IMG/VR virus record: IMGVR_UViG_2703718832_000006
Length of the DNA: 36,592 bases
DNA from: a virus
Lineage: Duplodnaviria; Heunggongvirae; Uroviricota; Caudoviricetes
Direction: 5' to 3' (one strand)
Positions 1-10,144 of the stretch are shown piece by piece (the stretch's first letter is position 1; each line of letters starts with the position of its first letter). The position numbers were made by a program, and so were the translations under genes. The notes beneath the pieces were generated by a model. That model did not search any database. It was not told where the DNA came from and saw only the letters and a program-made list of their open reading frames with translations.

Positions 1-258
1 ATGCAAACCGTTATTTTTGGTCGTCCGGGTTGCCCTTACTGTGTGCGTGCAAAAGATCTGGCTGAGAAATTGAGCAATGAACACGATGATTTTCAGTATC
101 ACTATGTAGATATTCGTGCGGAAGGGATCACTAAAGAAGATCTACAACAAAAGGCAGGTAAACCCGTAGAAACCGTGCCGCAGATTTTTGTCGATCAGCA
201 ACATATCGGCGGCTATACCGATTTTGCTGCATGGGTGAAAGAAAATCTGGACGCCTGA
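1..258 (+). CDS. grxA: glutaredoxin 1
   Basis: 85-aa ORF with CPYC active-site motif (GRPGCPYCVRAK); recognised as E. coli glutaredoxin 1 from memory of the sequence and its ybjM-ybjL neighbourhood. Confidence 0.93.
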   Translation: MQTVIFGRPGCPYCVRAKDLAEKLSNEHDDFQYHYVDIRAEGITKEDLQQKAGKPVETVPQIFVDQQHIGGYTDFAAWVKENLDA

Positions 259-267
259 TCGTCTGAC

Positions 268-300
268 AAGCCCTCGCGTTGAGGGCTTTACTGATTTTTT
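268..300 (+). terminator. putative rho-independent terminator downstream of grxA
   Basis: GC-rich hairpin (aagccctc / gagggctt) followed within a few nt by a T-run; read by eye, approximate. Confidence 0.45.
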
Positions 301-665
301 CTGTGCTGTGGTTTAAACAAACTACTGATAAATAAGAAACACAGTGCCCCCAGCGCACACCAGAACACCGCACTTAATAACCATGCCAGCTCTTGCCAGA
401 ATGAGCGCGTCGGTGAAAAAAACAGCCGCATAATGAGCATCGAACAGGGTGCCGCCAGCATTGCGCCAAACAGAGGTTTCAGGACTTCTCTACGCTGTGA
501 AAAGAAGCTGGCGACTGCTCCAGGAAGAATGAAAAATAGCAAGCCGATTTCAGGATGCCCGGCAGCCCGAAAAGCGCCTTTCATGTGCGTCGCCAGAAAA
601 AGGCACACCACAATGAAGAGGACAAAACAGCAGATTGCCCCCGCCCAACGTTGTTTATGTTTCAC
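288..665 (-). CDS. ybjM: inner membrane protein YbjM
   Basis: 125-aa strongly hydrophobic ORF, convergent with grxA and divergent from ybjL as in the E. coli K-12 grxA-ybjM-ybjL locus. Confidence 0.8.
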   Translation of the reverse strand: MKHKQRWAGAICCFVLFIVVCLFLATHMKGAFRAAGHPEIGLLFFILPGAVASFFSQRREVLKPLFGAMLAAPCSMLIMRLFFSPTRSFWQELAWLLSAVFWCALGALCFLFISSLFKPQHRKNQ

Positions 666-934
666 TCGTTCCTCCTGACACTGCGTCTATCGAACACATT
701 TTTCGCCAGTGTGGCGTTCAGTAAGATAAAGCCGCTTCGCATTCCATGCTAATATAGGCCAACGCAATTCATATAGCCGTTGATACCTAATGTGATTACA
801 CTAGTAAAATATATTGTTACTTTACTATCGTTTAGGTGCGCTGAATGAATCTGCGCCCTGAATTCTGGTAAAAAACATTATCGTAAATTACCATTTCTTT
901 CAACAGCTTACTAGTAAACAAGAAGTTAGCCTCC

Positions 935-2620
935 GTGAATATAAACGTCGCCGAATTGTTAAATGGGAATTACATTCTGTTATTATTTGTGGTCCTCGCG
1001 CTTGGGCTATGTCTCGGAAAGTTACGACTTGGTTCGATCCAACTGGGTAATTCCATTGGCGTTTTAGTCGTATCGCTGTTATTAGGCCAACAACATTTCA
1101 GCATTAACACCGATGCGCTTAATCTTGGCTTTATGCTGTTTATTTTCTGCGTCGGGGTCGAAGCCGGACCGAACTTTTTTTCCATTTTTTTTCGCGATGG
1201 GAAAAATTACCTAATGTTAGCACTGGTGATGGTTGGCAGTGCGCTGGTGATCGCCTTAGGGTTAGGTAAGCTGTTTGGCTGGGATATTGGCCTGACGGCC
1301 GGTATGTTAGCAGGCTCTATGACGTCGACACCGGTTCTGGTCGGTGCTGGCGATACACTGCGTCATTCCGGCATGGAAAGCAGGCAGCTCTCACTGGCAC
1401 TGGATAATCTGAGCCTCGGGTATGCCTTAACCTATTTAATCGGTCTGGTGAGTTTGATTGTTGGTGCGCGTTACTTGCCGAAATTGCAGCATCAGGACTT
1501 ACAGACCAGCGCCCAGCAAATCGCCCGCGAACGTGGCCTGGACACTGATGCCAACCGTAAGGTTTATTTACCGGTGATCCGCGCCTATCGCGTCGGCCCG
1601 GAACTGGTGGCCTGGACCGACGGCAAAAATCTGCGTGAACTGGGTATTTATCGACAAACCGGCTGCTACATTGAACGTATTCGACGTAACGGGATTCTGG
1701 CAAATCCAGACGGTGATGCCGTGCTACAAATGGGCGATGAAATAGCGTTGGTAGGCTATCCCGACGCCCATGCCCGACTCGATCCCAGCTTCCGTAACGG
1801 TAAAGAAGTTTTCGATCGTGACCTTCTCGACATGCGTATCGTCACTGAAGAAGTGGTCGTTAAAAACCATAACGCTGTAGGTAAACGTCTCGCACAACTG
1901 AAGTTGACCGATCACGGTTGCTTCCTTAACCGCGTCATTCGTAGCCAGATTGAGATGCCGATAGATGACAACGTCGTGCTTAACAAAGGTGACGTTTTAC
2001 AAGTCAGCGGCGATGCCCGCCGCGTAAAAACCATCGCCGATCGCATCGGCTTTATCTCGATTCACAGCCAGGTCACTGACCTGCTGGCATTCTGCGCCTT
2101 CTTTGTTATTGGGCTGATGATCGGGATGATCACCTTCCAGTTCAGCACATTCAGTTTCGGCATGGGGAACGCTGCCGGGTTGTTATTCGCCGGAATTATG
2201 CTGGGCTTTATGCGTGCTAACCACCCGACCTTCGGTTACATTCCGCAGGGTGCATTAAGCATGGTGAAAGAGTTCGGCTTGATGGTGTTTATGGCAGGCG
2301 TTGGTCTGAGCGCCGGTAGCGGTATTAATAACGGCCTGGGCGCGATTGGCGGTCAGATGTTGATTGCCGGATTGATTGTCAGTCTGGTGCCCGTGGTTAT
2401 CTGTTTCTTGTTCGGTGCTTATGTATTGCGAATGAACCGCGCGCTGTTGTTCGGCGCAATGATGGGCGCACGTACCTGCGCGCCGGCAATGGAGATCATC
2501 AGTGATACAGCTCGCAGTAACATCCCGGCGCTGGGCTATGCGGGCACCTATGCAATCGCCAACGTCCTGCTGACGCTGGCAGGGACAATCATCGTCATGG
2601 TATGGCCAGGATTAGGATAA
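935..2620 (+). CDS. ybjL: putative transporter YbjL (membrane transporter with central soluble domains)
   Basis: 561-aa ORF with hydrophobic N- and C-terminal blocks flanking a soluble middle; N-terminus [17 protein letters not shown] recognised as YbjL. Confidence 0.88.
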
Positions 2621-2732
2621 AACTGAAGTTGCCCTGAAAATGAAATTTTTTTGCACAACCGCAGAACTTTTCCGCAGGGCATCAGTCTTAATTAGTGCCA
2701 CTGCTTTTCTTTGATGTCCCCATTTTGTGGAG

Positions 2733-2776
2733 CCCATCAACCCCGCCATTTCGGTTCAAGGTTGATGGGTTTTTTG
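2733..2776 (+). terminator. putative rho-independent terminator after ybjL
   Basis: Inverted repeat cccatcaacc ... ggttgatggg followed directly by tttttt. Confidence 0.55.
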
Positions 2777-2855
2777 TTGCCTGAAATTTAAGCTGTTTAA
2801 AATCATGATGTTAGAAACACTGTTTTTTAACGATGGCGACAAAATGGCGGCAGCG

Positions 2856-3074
2856 TCAAAGAGAGAGCGCCACCTGTCCTGATTTCATTGGATGCGGCTG
2901 AACCGGATTTGACTCTTTTGGCGTTGCAATCGAACGAACAAAAGTTTCATGGGTAACAAAAGTATGGCTGCAGTTAATGTTCTGGCACTGGTTGTAACGC
3001 TCTTTGGTCAATGAAGATACCTGAAAACTGCTACGAGTATGGGCGGCACTTCCACACAGTGGGCAAATCATCAT
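2856..3074 (-). CDS. ogr: late gene transcription activator, Ogr/Delta zinc-finger family
   Basis: CPLCG...C..NC zinc-finger pattern (MMICPLCGSAAHTRSS...KERYNQCQNINCSHTF) typical of P2 Ogr / 186 B; start placed at internal Met 12 of the track ORF 2856..3107, giving about 72 aa. Confidence 0.85.
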   Translation of the reverse strand: MMICPLCGSAAHTRSSFQVSSLTKERYNQCQNINCSHTFVTHETFVRSIATPKESNPVQPHPMKSGQVALSL

Positions 3075-3164
3075 TTTTCGAGTTCTCCCCATTTTTGCTA
3101 AATTCACAATAATGATACCGCATTATTCCATTTTGCAAACTTAAAAGTTCTCCATTGCGAAGAA

Positions 3165-4265
3165 TCATTCCATTTCGAAATCATCAATCCTCACTTCAAG
3201 CTCCAGACTGGTTGTAAAACCGTTATCGGGGCTGACGGTATGCGTCAGAGTCGTAATGGTCCATTCCGCATCATCTATCGGCTGTTTAAAGCCACTGACC
3301 TTCACAGGCATTTCTGTGTAGAGATCTGCCCGCCCTTCCGCCAGTTGTAGCGAGAATGATGCAACGCCGCGTTGCAGGCGTTCCCACTGCATTTTCGCTG
3401 CCCGTTCGGCGTTGCTCCGGTTGGCATAAGTGCGATTAAGTACCAGCACGTTTTCATCCGTACCCACCAGGTAATCGCCCTGCTTCGCTTCCGGCTCTTT
3501 CTTCTGCTTCTTAGTCCTGCGCTTACGCTTCACCGTGGTGCTTTCTTTCTTCGCGGGTTCGCGGGTATGCAACCAACTGGCAATTACGCCCGTGTAGGCT
3601 CCGCGATCTGCCAGGGTAAAGCGGTGACTGTCGCCGTCCTTACGTGTGATTGAGATCACCGGCAGTGGTTTACCGCTGGCGCTTTTGCCCTGTCCCTGCC
3701 GGATGAATAACAGATTGCCATTTTTCACCGACGCGATGGCACCGTACTGGCGCGCCAGCCGCATCAGAAAACTGCCGTCACTCTCATTAGTCTGGTCTAT
3801 ATGCTCCACGGGCTTATCCGACAGGTCTTTACCCAGTGCCATCTTCAGCTTATGACGCGCGGCTATTTCCTTCACCACTTCCCCGACAGTGGTCTTGTGC
3901 CACGATTTTTCACGGCGGGTATTCAGCGTTTCCCTAAAATCAGCACTTCGCGCCCGGATAGTCAGGCGATCCGGTGCGCCGGTGTGTTCAATCTCGTCCA
4001 CCGTGAATGCCCCTTTCGGGAAAAGCGGCTGCCCCTTCCAGCCCAGCGCCAGCGTGATGACCGCACCACGGCGCGGCAGCACGATTTTTCCGTCGGCGTC
4101 GTCCAGCTCCAGATCAAGCTGGTCTGCTTCAAAGCCCCGATTGTCCGTCAACGTCAGACTCATCAGGCGGTTATCCAGCACAGTGGTGATATCCTTCCCC
4201 TCAATACTGATGCTGAATGCGGGAGTTTTGTTGCCTTTGTTAAGCAGTTCAGAGCTGAAATTCAC
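3165..4265 (-). CDS. tail protein D (late control gene D protein)
   Basis: 366-aa ORF immediately upstream of ogr and downstream of U, the position of P2 gpD. Confidence 0.85.
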   Translation of the reverse strand: MNFSSELLNKGNKTPAFSISIEGKDITTVLDNRLMSLTLTDNRGFEADQLDLELDDADGKIVLPRRGAVITLALGWKGQPLFPKGAFTVDEIEHTGAPDRLTIRARSADFRETLNTRREKSWHKTTVGEVVKEIAARHKLKMALGKDLSDKPVEHIDQTNESDGSFLMRLARQYGAIASVKNGNLLFIRQGQGKSASGKPLPVISITRKDGDSHRFTLADRGAYTGVIASWLHTREPAKKESTTVKRKRRTKKQKKEPEAKQGDYLVGTDENVLVLNRTYANRSNAERAAKMQWERLQRGVASFSLQLAEGRADLYTEMPVKVSGFKQPIDDAEWTITTLTHTVSPDNGFTTSLELEVRIDDFEME

Positions 4266-4747
4266 GACAGCAGCCCTCCCACCGTTTTACTGATATCGCT
4301 TAAGGCAGACGTTGCCGTATCCTGCAAATTATTCAGCTGCGTACTGAGATCACCGAACATATCGGACAGGGATTCATCCACCCGTTTGAGCGACAGGGTA
4401 AACTCAATCCGGCGCGGCATACCATCGCGGAAAAACTCCGTTTTAGTCTGATTCAGTCCCTCAATCACATACATGCCATAAATCGTGCCGCTGCCTTCAA
4501 TCAGGGGCCATGCTTTCCCCTGTTCTGCCATCTGCTCCAGTGCCAGCAACGACATCCTGCCACCTGTTATCTCCGGCATAAGAACACCGGAAAGCGTCAG
4601 CATGTCGTTGTCCGGTCCCAGAAACTGCGTGGACGGACGTCGGTTTACCCGGCTGTTTGCCGCATGTCGCCAGCTGCGTTGATACTGCAGCTCCTGATAC
4701 GGCACGGTGCGCAGCATAAACACGTACAATCCCAGCACCATCATCAT
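4262..4747 (-). CDS. tail protein U
   Basis: 161-aa ORF between tape measure and D, overlapping both by 4 nt (translational coupling), as for P2 gpU. Confidence 0.8.
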   Translation of the reverse strand: MMMVLGLYVFMLRTVPYQELQYQRSWRHAANSRVNRRPSTQFLGPDNDMLTLSGVLMPEITGGRMSLLALEQMAEQGKAWPLIEGSGTIYGMYVIEGLNQTKTEFFRDGMPRRIEFTLSLKRVDESLSDMFGDLSTQLNNLQDTATSALSDISKTVGGLLS

Positions 4748-7700
4748 GCGTCGTATCCCCCCTGATCGCTGTAGTTACTCCTAGCTTTTGCCTTCAGCCT
4801 GCGTTCACGTTCATCAAGCTGGCGGGCCACCTCCCGCGCAATATCCTGCGCACTTTGTCCTGGCTGCGTCTGAATGATGATCTGCGTCGGTGCCTCAATC
4901 CGTTGAACGGGCGGCACAGTGGCTGCACGACTCACCATCGCTTCGCCGCCTTTCGCGGGAAGTGCCAAAGGATGTAACGATGGAAGCTCTGTAGGCGCGG
5001 CAGCAACGCCCATCATTCCGGCAACAACCGCAGCCAGTGCAGCGGTATTTCTCCGGCTGGTCACGTTTGCCGGGCCGTTGACAATTTCCGGCCCGTTTTC
5101 ACCGACGATGCCAAACTGCCCGCGCGGGATATAGCCGCCGCTGTCATACATCCCCGCAAAGCCATATCCCCATGACGGAAAACCACCCGATGGCATCATC
5201 ACTTTACCGTCTGCATTCACCGTCGCAGGTTGCTGACGCGTCACGCTTTCCGGCAGTTTCGCCTTTGCAGCCTCTTTACTGACAATGCCGAGTTTATCCA
5301 GCAACCAGGAAACGCCGGATTTCAGGGAGTCCAGCGGATGCATGACCATATTCAGCCCTTCCGCCAGTGCCTCCCCGAATCGTCGCCCCATTGCCGCTGC
5401 GCTCTGCAGTTCGGCAGAGGTCGACTTAACAGGCGTCAGCAGATCAGTAAACCAGCCCCACAGCGCCTGCACTTTGTCGCCAATCCACTGGAACACGGGC
5501 TTAAGTGGTTCAAACGCTGCACTGATGGGACCTGCCGCCGCTTTGAATCCTTCCACCACGCCACCGAGAAATGCGGTGATGGGTTGCCAGTATTTCCAGA
5601 CAACCAGCGCCACACCCGCCAGTGCAGTAACCACAAGACCTATCGGACTAAGCAGAGCACCTAACAGACCAGATATGGCATACAGGGCAACGCGCAGCAT
5701 CGCCAGCGGACCAGATGCAAGCACTCGCAGCAACGCGCCTGCGGCTGCCAGTCCACCGCGCAGTACCGCCAGAGGATTCATAAACATCACAGCAACAGCA
5801 CGTAAACCGGATAATCCAGACCGCAAAAGTGCAACTGGCGCACCTGCTACAGTTTTCAGGACATTTCCCGTCAGTGATGCCGTGCGGCGCAAAGACGACA
5901 ACAGCGCAGTAAGTAAACCTGCGGCGTTGCCCGATGAAGCAAGCCCGCGTCGCAGCAGTGCCAGTGGTGCGCCAGCCAGCCAGGACAACGCGCTGCTGGT
6001 TCGAGTTACTGCTGCCGTAACGGAAGATAACGTTTTGATACCCAACACAGAGAATCCCAGACGGATCACTGCCAGCGGCCCCAGCACTGCAGCCAGCGCC
6101 ACCGCTAAGGTGCCGAGGCCGACGGTAACCGCAGCCACAACAGCCGATGCTTTCATCAGTGTGCCTGTCAGTTCCGGGTTAGCTTCCACCCAGCGACGCA
6201 ACGCCCCCGTGACGCTTTTCACCGTGTACAGAATATCCATCAGCGGCTGGCGCAGCGTTTCGCCCAGGCTGCTGAAGGTGTTCTGCGCTCCGGTTTTGAC
6301 CAGCAACCACTGCGCAGAAAGTGAATCCTTGTTAATGTCGGATTCTTTCTGCATGGAGCCGAGCGCATCATTGCCCGCTGTCAGTTTTAACTGACGCTGC
6401 AGTTCCGGCAGGTTGTTTGCCAGTTTCGCCGCGTCATCGCCAAACTCTTTACCAAACAACATAGTCATGGCAGACAGGCGCTTGTCCTGCGGCAGCGCGT
6501 TTACCTTCTCCAGCACGCGCTGGATGGTTCCCATCGCATCCTTCGTCATCTGCTTTTCAATCACTTCAGGATTGAGTTTCAGCAGATTCATCCCTTCAAA
6601 GAAACTCTTGCTTTGCATGGTGGCAATGGACAATTCACGCACCATCGCGTTTGCTGCACTGGCTGCAACCTCTGGCGCAGCGCCCAGTGTCAGGAAGGTG
6701 GAACCCAGCGCCGCCGCTTTACGATAATCCAGACGGTCAGCCACACCGCCCAGACGTTGCATCACATCAATGATGTCTGCCCCTTTCGACATGGCGTTAT
6801 CATCCAGATAGTTCAGCGCATCACCGAGCTGTTCAATATTGCGGGTGGGGATTTTGTAGAGCTGGGCGATTTTCCCCAGACTTTCTGACAGTTCATCCGC
6901 TGGCAGCTCAAAGGCTGTTGCCGCCTTTGCTGCCGTACTGGCGAAGGCCAGCAGGTCACGTTTCTGATCTTCCCAGCTGTCGTCAGGGTTTGCGACGTTC
7001 ATGCGCGCACCACCTTCAACCAGTGCAGCGAAGTCCACCGCACCGTTTTCCATCGGCAACTGTTCGCTGGCAGCCTTGATGGCATCCTGCATTTCATAAA
7101 AACGTGCAGTGCGGTTGCCATTATCGTCACGCAGACCATTGACCTGCTTTGCCACACCTTTCATGGCATCTTCCATGCTGGTATAGCTTTTTACTGCCGC
7201 CATCACTGGCGCACCCATTGCCAGCCCTGCAGCCGTGGTGGTGGCTCCGGCACCTGCAATACGATCACGCACCTCCAGCGAACGGGCATAACTGGCACGC
7301 GCTGCATTCATCCTGCGCTGAGCTTCCCCCAGTCGCTTCAGCCGCGCCTCCTGTTTCGAAAGTTCCTGGTTATAACGTGATGTTTCACGGGCTAAACGGG
7401 CAGTTGCTCCCGCATCGTCTTTCGCAGAAATTCCCGCCCGGTACAGTTCAGCACGCACAAGCGCCGTCTGCTGCTGCAGCTTTTTCTGGCGTTCTTCCAG
7501 GCGCTGAACAGCCAGCCGTTGACGGCCCAGAGCAACAACCTGACGTTGCGAAGGCGGCCCCATCGCTCCCAGTTCCTGACTGAGCAAATTTGCACGCTGG
7601 CGGGCATAGTTCAGCCTGTCGCCTAATTTCTGATTTTCTGCCTGCAGCTTTCGGAAGCTGTCCAGACTGCTCCCGGCCTGATCAAGCTGCTTTATTGCAT

Positions 7701-7821
7701 CGCGGGATTTTTTGACAGCAGCAGCCAGTTCTCTTGAACTGGCCTGCGCAGATCGAAATGGGCGGGTGAGCTTGTCAACCGCATTAAGAATGACCTGCAG
7801 ACGCAGGTTGTTATCACTCAT
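4744..7821 (-). CDS. tail tape measure protein T
   Basis: 1025-aa ORF with coiled-coil-like N-terminal part and long Ala/Gly/Leu-rich repetitive hydrophobic stretches, following E/E' as in P2. Confidence 0.9.
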   Translation of the reverse strand: MSDNNLRLQVILNAVDKLTRPFRSAQASSRELAAAVKKSRDAIKQLDQAGSSLDSFRKLQAENQKLGDRLNYARQRANLLSQELGAMGPPSQRQVVALGRQRLAVQRLEERQKKLQQQTALVRAELYRAGISAKDDAGATARLARETSRYNQELSKQEARLKRLGEAQRRMNAARASYARSLEVRDRIAGAGATTTAAGLAMGAPVMAAVKSYTSMEDAMKGVAKQVNGLRDDNGNRTARFYEMQDAIKAASEQLPMENGAVDFAALVEGGARMNVANPDDSWEDQKRDLLAFASTAAKAATAFELPADELSESLGKIAQLYKIPTRNIEQLGDALNYLDDNAMSKGADIIDVMQRLGGVADRLDYRKAAALGSTFLTLGAAPEVAASAANAMVRELSIATMQSKSFFEGMNLLKLNPEVIEKQMTKDAMGTIQRVLEKVNALPQDKRLSAMTMLFGKEFGDDAAKLANNLPELQRQLKLTAGNDALGSMQKESDINKDSLSAQWLLVKTGAQNTFSSLGETLRQPLMDILYTVKSVTGALRRWVEANPELTGTLMKASAVVAAVTVGLGTLAVALAAVLGPLAVIRLGFSVLGIKTLSSVTAAVTRTSSALSWLAGAPLALLRRGLASSGNAAGLLTALLSSLRRTASLTGNVLKTVAGAPVALLRSGLSGLRAVAVMFMNPLAVLRGGLAAAGALLRVLASGPLAMLRVALYAISGLLGALLSPIGLVVTALAGVALVVWKYWQPITAFLGGVVEGFKAAAGPISAAFEPLKPVFQWIGDKVQALWGWFTDLLTPVKSTSAELQSAAAMGRRFGEALAEGLNMVMHPLDSLKSGVSWLLDKLGIVSKEAAKAKLPESVTRQQPATVNADGKVMMPSGGFPSWGYGFAGMYDSGGYIPRGQFGIVGENGPEIVNGPANVTSRRNTAALAAVVAGMMGVAAAPTELPSLHPLALPAKGGEAMVSRAATVPPVQRIEAPTQIIIQTQPGQSAQDIAREVARQLDERERRLKAKARSNYSDQGGYDA

Positions 7822-8250
7822 CGTTGGCCCCGCTTCTCTGAATCGCTTTATACCGCCATTCCAGCACTTCGGTCAGCGGCATAACGTCAGTAACGGATGG
7901 CGGCCAGTGAAAAATGGTGGCGATATCTGCCACCAGATCGTCAACCGTCAGGCTGTCGGTAAACCGGCAAGCACCGACTTCTTCAACAAAAAAGTGACAA
8001 CCTCAACCGACATGGCAGTGAGATCTGCCGGGTCCATCTCTGCAATTTCCTGTGCAGTCAGTGCCGGACTGGAGATGCGGGGGATCACGGTCATCATCGC
8101 GTTTACATCCATATCCATAATGGCCTGCAGGCGTGTACCGCGCAGCGCACCGGACTGCGGTTTACGCAGCACAATTTCGGTGATTTCTGTTTTACCGCGC
8201 TTGATGGGGGTATCCAGTTGAATGGTCTTTTCAGTCTGCTTATCGCTCAT
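7814..8250 (-). CDS. tail assembly chaperone E+E' (product of programmed -1 frameshift)
   Basis: Minus-strand T TTT TTG slippery heptamer at about 7987-7993 inside E; the -1 frame stays open for about 58 more codons and stops at about 7814, just after the T start codon; hand translation of the extension reads FFVEEVGACRFTDSLTVDDL... Confidence 0.6.
7948..8250 (-). CDS. tail assembly chaperone E
   Basis: 100-aa ORF between FII and T; contains the slippery heptamer used to make E'. Confidence 0.8.
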   Translation of the reverse strand: MSDKQTEKTIQLDTPIKRGKTEITEIVLRKPQSGALRGTRLQAIMDMDVNAMMTVIPRISSPALTAQEIAEMDPADLTAMSVEVVTFLLKKSVLAGLPTA

Positions 8251-8304
8251 TTTGCTGTCCTGTCAATTGGGTTCTGGCGCGGTATCCCGCGCCGTTCAGA
8301 TATA

Positions 8305-8820
8305 TCAGAGGCCGAGGGCGTTGCGGTGCGCTTCCATCAGGTCCACACCGTCCACAATTTCCACCATGTTGATAAGGTCCACTTCATAGAGCACCTCACC
8401 ATTGATGGTCAGCTTCGCGTAGCTGTTGGTACTGGTCACTTTGGTGGTGTTGCTTTCGCCCGTCTTCCACTCGCCGGAATCCACTTCTTTGTGACGTCCA
8501 CGCACGACAAGCTCCACGGCCTGCACTTCCCCGGTATCGTCACGCTGAATAGAGCCGGTAAAGCGCAGCTGGATGCCATCCACCGTGGCTTTACCCATCT
8601 GTTTAAACAGCAGCAATTCAGTACCACCAATGGAAAATTCTGTGTCCAGCGCACTGTCATCAAGCCCCAGATCCACATCCACCGCACCCGGCATTCCGCC
8701 GCCGCGATACTTCTCATATTTGCGGGTAAATTTCGGCAGCGTCAGCGACTCAACGATCCCCTGCCAGTTGTTCCCGTCGTTAAACAGGTTCAGGTGTTTT
8801 AATTTGCGTGGTAAAGCCAT
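8305..8820 (-). CDS. tail tube protein FII
   Basis: 171-aa ORF directly downstream of the sheath gene, P2 gpFII position and size. Confidence 0.88.
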   Translation of the reverse strand: MALPRKLKHLNLFNDGNNWQGIVESLTLPKFTRKYEKYRGGGMPGAVDVDLGLDDSALDTEFSIGGTELLLFKQMGKATVDGIQLRFTGSIQRDDTGEVQAVELVVRGRHKEVDSGEWKTGESNTTKVTSTNSYAKLTINGEVLYEVDLINMVEIVDGVDLMEAHRNALGL

Positions 8821-8829
8821 GTTGTCCCC

Positions 8830-10002
8830 TTACGCGCTGACCTGGCTGGCGAAATTCACCAGGTACTGATCGGTGATGCGCTGACGCAGCATCAGGTTTT
8901 CAAGTGGCGGCACTGGCGTGTAGTCGTAGTCGATGGTGAGTTTTCCGGCTTTCAGCGTGTCTTTGTCGTTCACCGACTCATCCAGCCAGCAATCACCACC
9001 AATGAGATAGCCCTGACTGACCAGTCTGCGCATTTTGGCGCGGATACCTTCGATAATGTCGCGGGCCAGCGACGGGTTAAGCGGTTTATCCACCGCCCAC
9101 ATGTGTGCTTCTGCCATCGTGTCCGTCAGCACCTGCGCCGTGCGGGTGTAGTTTTCGAAGGCAAAGAGCGGGTCATCACTCAGGCAGCGGGACCCCCAGA
9201 AGCGGAAACCGTCTTTACGCACAAGCGTGGTGACGTCGTTCTGGTTCAGCAGACCTGCATCGGTTGCCGGGTCCTGCAGATCCCAGAACACATCTGCAGA
9301 AATTCCGGTGACACCGTTCACGCCCACATTGGACAGGCTTTTGTGCCATCCGGTCTGCTCGTCAATTTTGGCGCGCAGACCAAGCGCACGGGCGGTGGCA
9401 TATGCCGTTGCTTCGGCATTCAGCACCGTGTCCCAGCCAGTAAAGTCAGGCCAGATCAGCATCCCTTCGCGCTGGCTGAAGTTTTCGCGGTAAGTGATCG
9501 CCTCCTGCACTGTCTTGCAGCCATACGCTGACAGGTAAGCAAATCCACGCAGGCTTTGCGCCACGCTCAGCAACTCAGTAGCTACCGCCTTGGTGTCGTG
9601 GCCTGGCACGCCGAGAATGCGCGGTTTAACGCCGAGCTGTGACTGGGCAGATAACAGGGCTTTCATACCTGTTTTTTTACCTTCAGCAGTCACTGCGCCG
9701 ATGATATTGGTCGTGGTTTCGTCTTCCGTTTCACCCTGCGGCACACGCACAACAATGGTCACGGGTTTTGCCTGGTCAGCGATGGCATCCAGCGAACGGG
9801 CCAGAGTACCGGACTCACCCGCTTTACCGCTGGCAGTCAGCACATCAGTGATCAGCACGGGTTTATTAAGAGGAAACATTTTTGCATCGGCATCATCGCC
9901 CGTGCAGACCATACCCACGATGGCGGTGCTCACCGTGGTAATAGATCGGGTGCCTTCGTTGACTTCAACAACGCGCACCCCGTGGTGGTAATCCTGAGCC
10001 AT
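8830..10002 (-). CDS. tail sheath protein FI
   Basis: 390-aa ORF with AGGAGG-like RBS, upstream of FII, P2 gpFI position and size. Confidence 0.9.
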   Translation of the reverse strand: MAQDYHHGVRVVEVNEGTRSITTVSTAIVGMVCTGDDADAKMFPLNKPVLITDVLTASGKAGESGTLARSLDAIADQAKPVTIVVRVPQGETEDETTTNIIGAVTAEGKKTGMKALLSAQSQLGVKPRILGVPGHDTKAVATELLSVAQSLRGFAYLSAYGCKTVQEAITYRENFSQREGMLIWPDFTGWDTVLNAEATAYATARALGLRAKIDEQTGWHKSLSNVGVNGVTGISADVFWDLQDPATDAGLLNQNDVTTLVRKDGFRFWGSRCLSDDPLFAFENYTRTAQVLTDTMAEAHMWAVDKPLNPSLARDIIEGIRAKMRRLVSQGYLIGGDCWLDESVNDKDTLKAGKLTIDYDYTPVPPLENLMLRQRITDQYLVNFASQVSA

Positions 10003-10078
10003 AGTGGCGAACCTCCTGATTGGATTAGGCTTCGCCCTATGTTGAAGTGATTGTGCCTGACAAACAGCTAAGCGCAGT

Positions 10079-10096
10079 TGTGTCGTTATTCACACA
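10079..10096 (-). promoter_or_regulatory. putative Ogr-dependent late promoter element (TGT-N12-ACA) upstream of FI
   Basis: Exact TGT-N12-ACA dyad centred about 85 bp upstream of the FI start codon. Confidence 0.45.
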
Positions 10097-10144
10097 AAAT
10101 AACGGTATTTGTCTGCTTGCAGGGATAATCAACATAATGCTGAT

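Noticed and set aside
433-752. Short plus-strand ORFs (81 and 65 aa) across ybjM, and a minus-strand 80-aa ORF (131-373) overlapping grxA
   Set aside because: They overlap confidently assigned genes on the opposite strand and have no start context; treated as spurious.
3801-4451. Plus-strand ORFs of 216 and 134 aa overlapping genes D and U
   Set aside because: Antisense to well-supported tail genes; compositionally biased translations; most likely not expressed.
5285-6394. Long plus-strand ORFs (369 aa, and others at 5230-5664 and 6413-6888) inside the tape-measure gene
   Set aside because: They are antisense to the 1025-aa T gene and have low-complexity Ala/Ser/Pro/Arg-rich translations typical of shadow ORFs in GC-rich coding sequence; no RBS context was seen.
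10003-10144. Defence cargo at the Z/fun hotspot between FI and the tail-fibre genes
   Set aside because: This position holds only the invertase gene and the invertible fibre segment; no additional cargo ORFs are present, so the hotspot is occupied by the host-range switch rather than a defence system.
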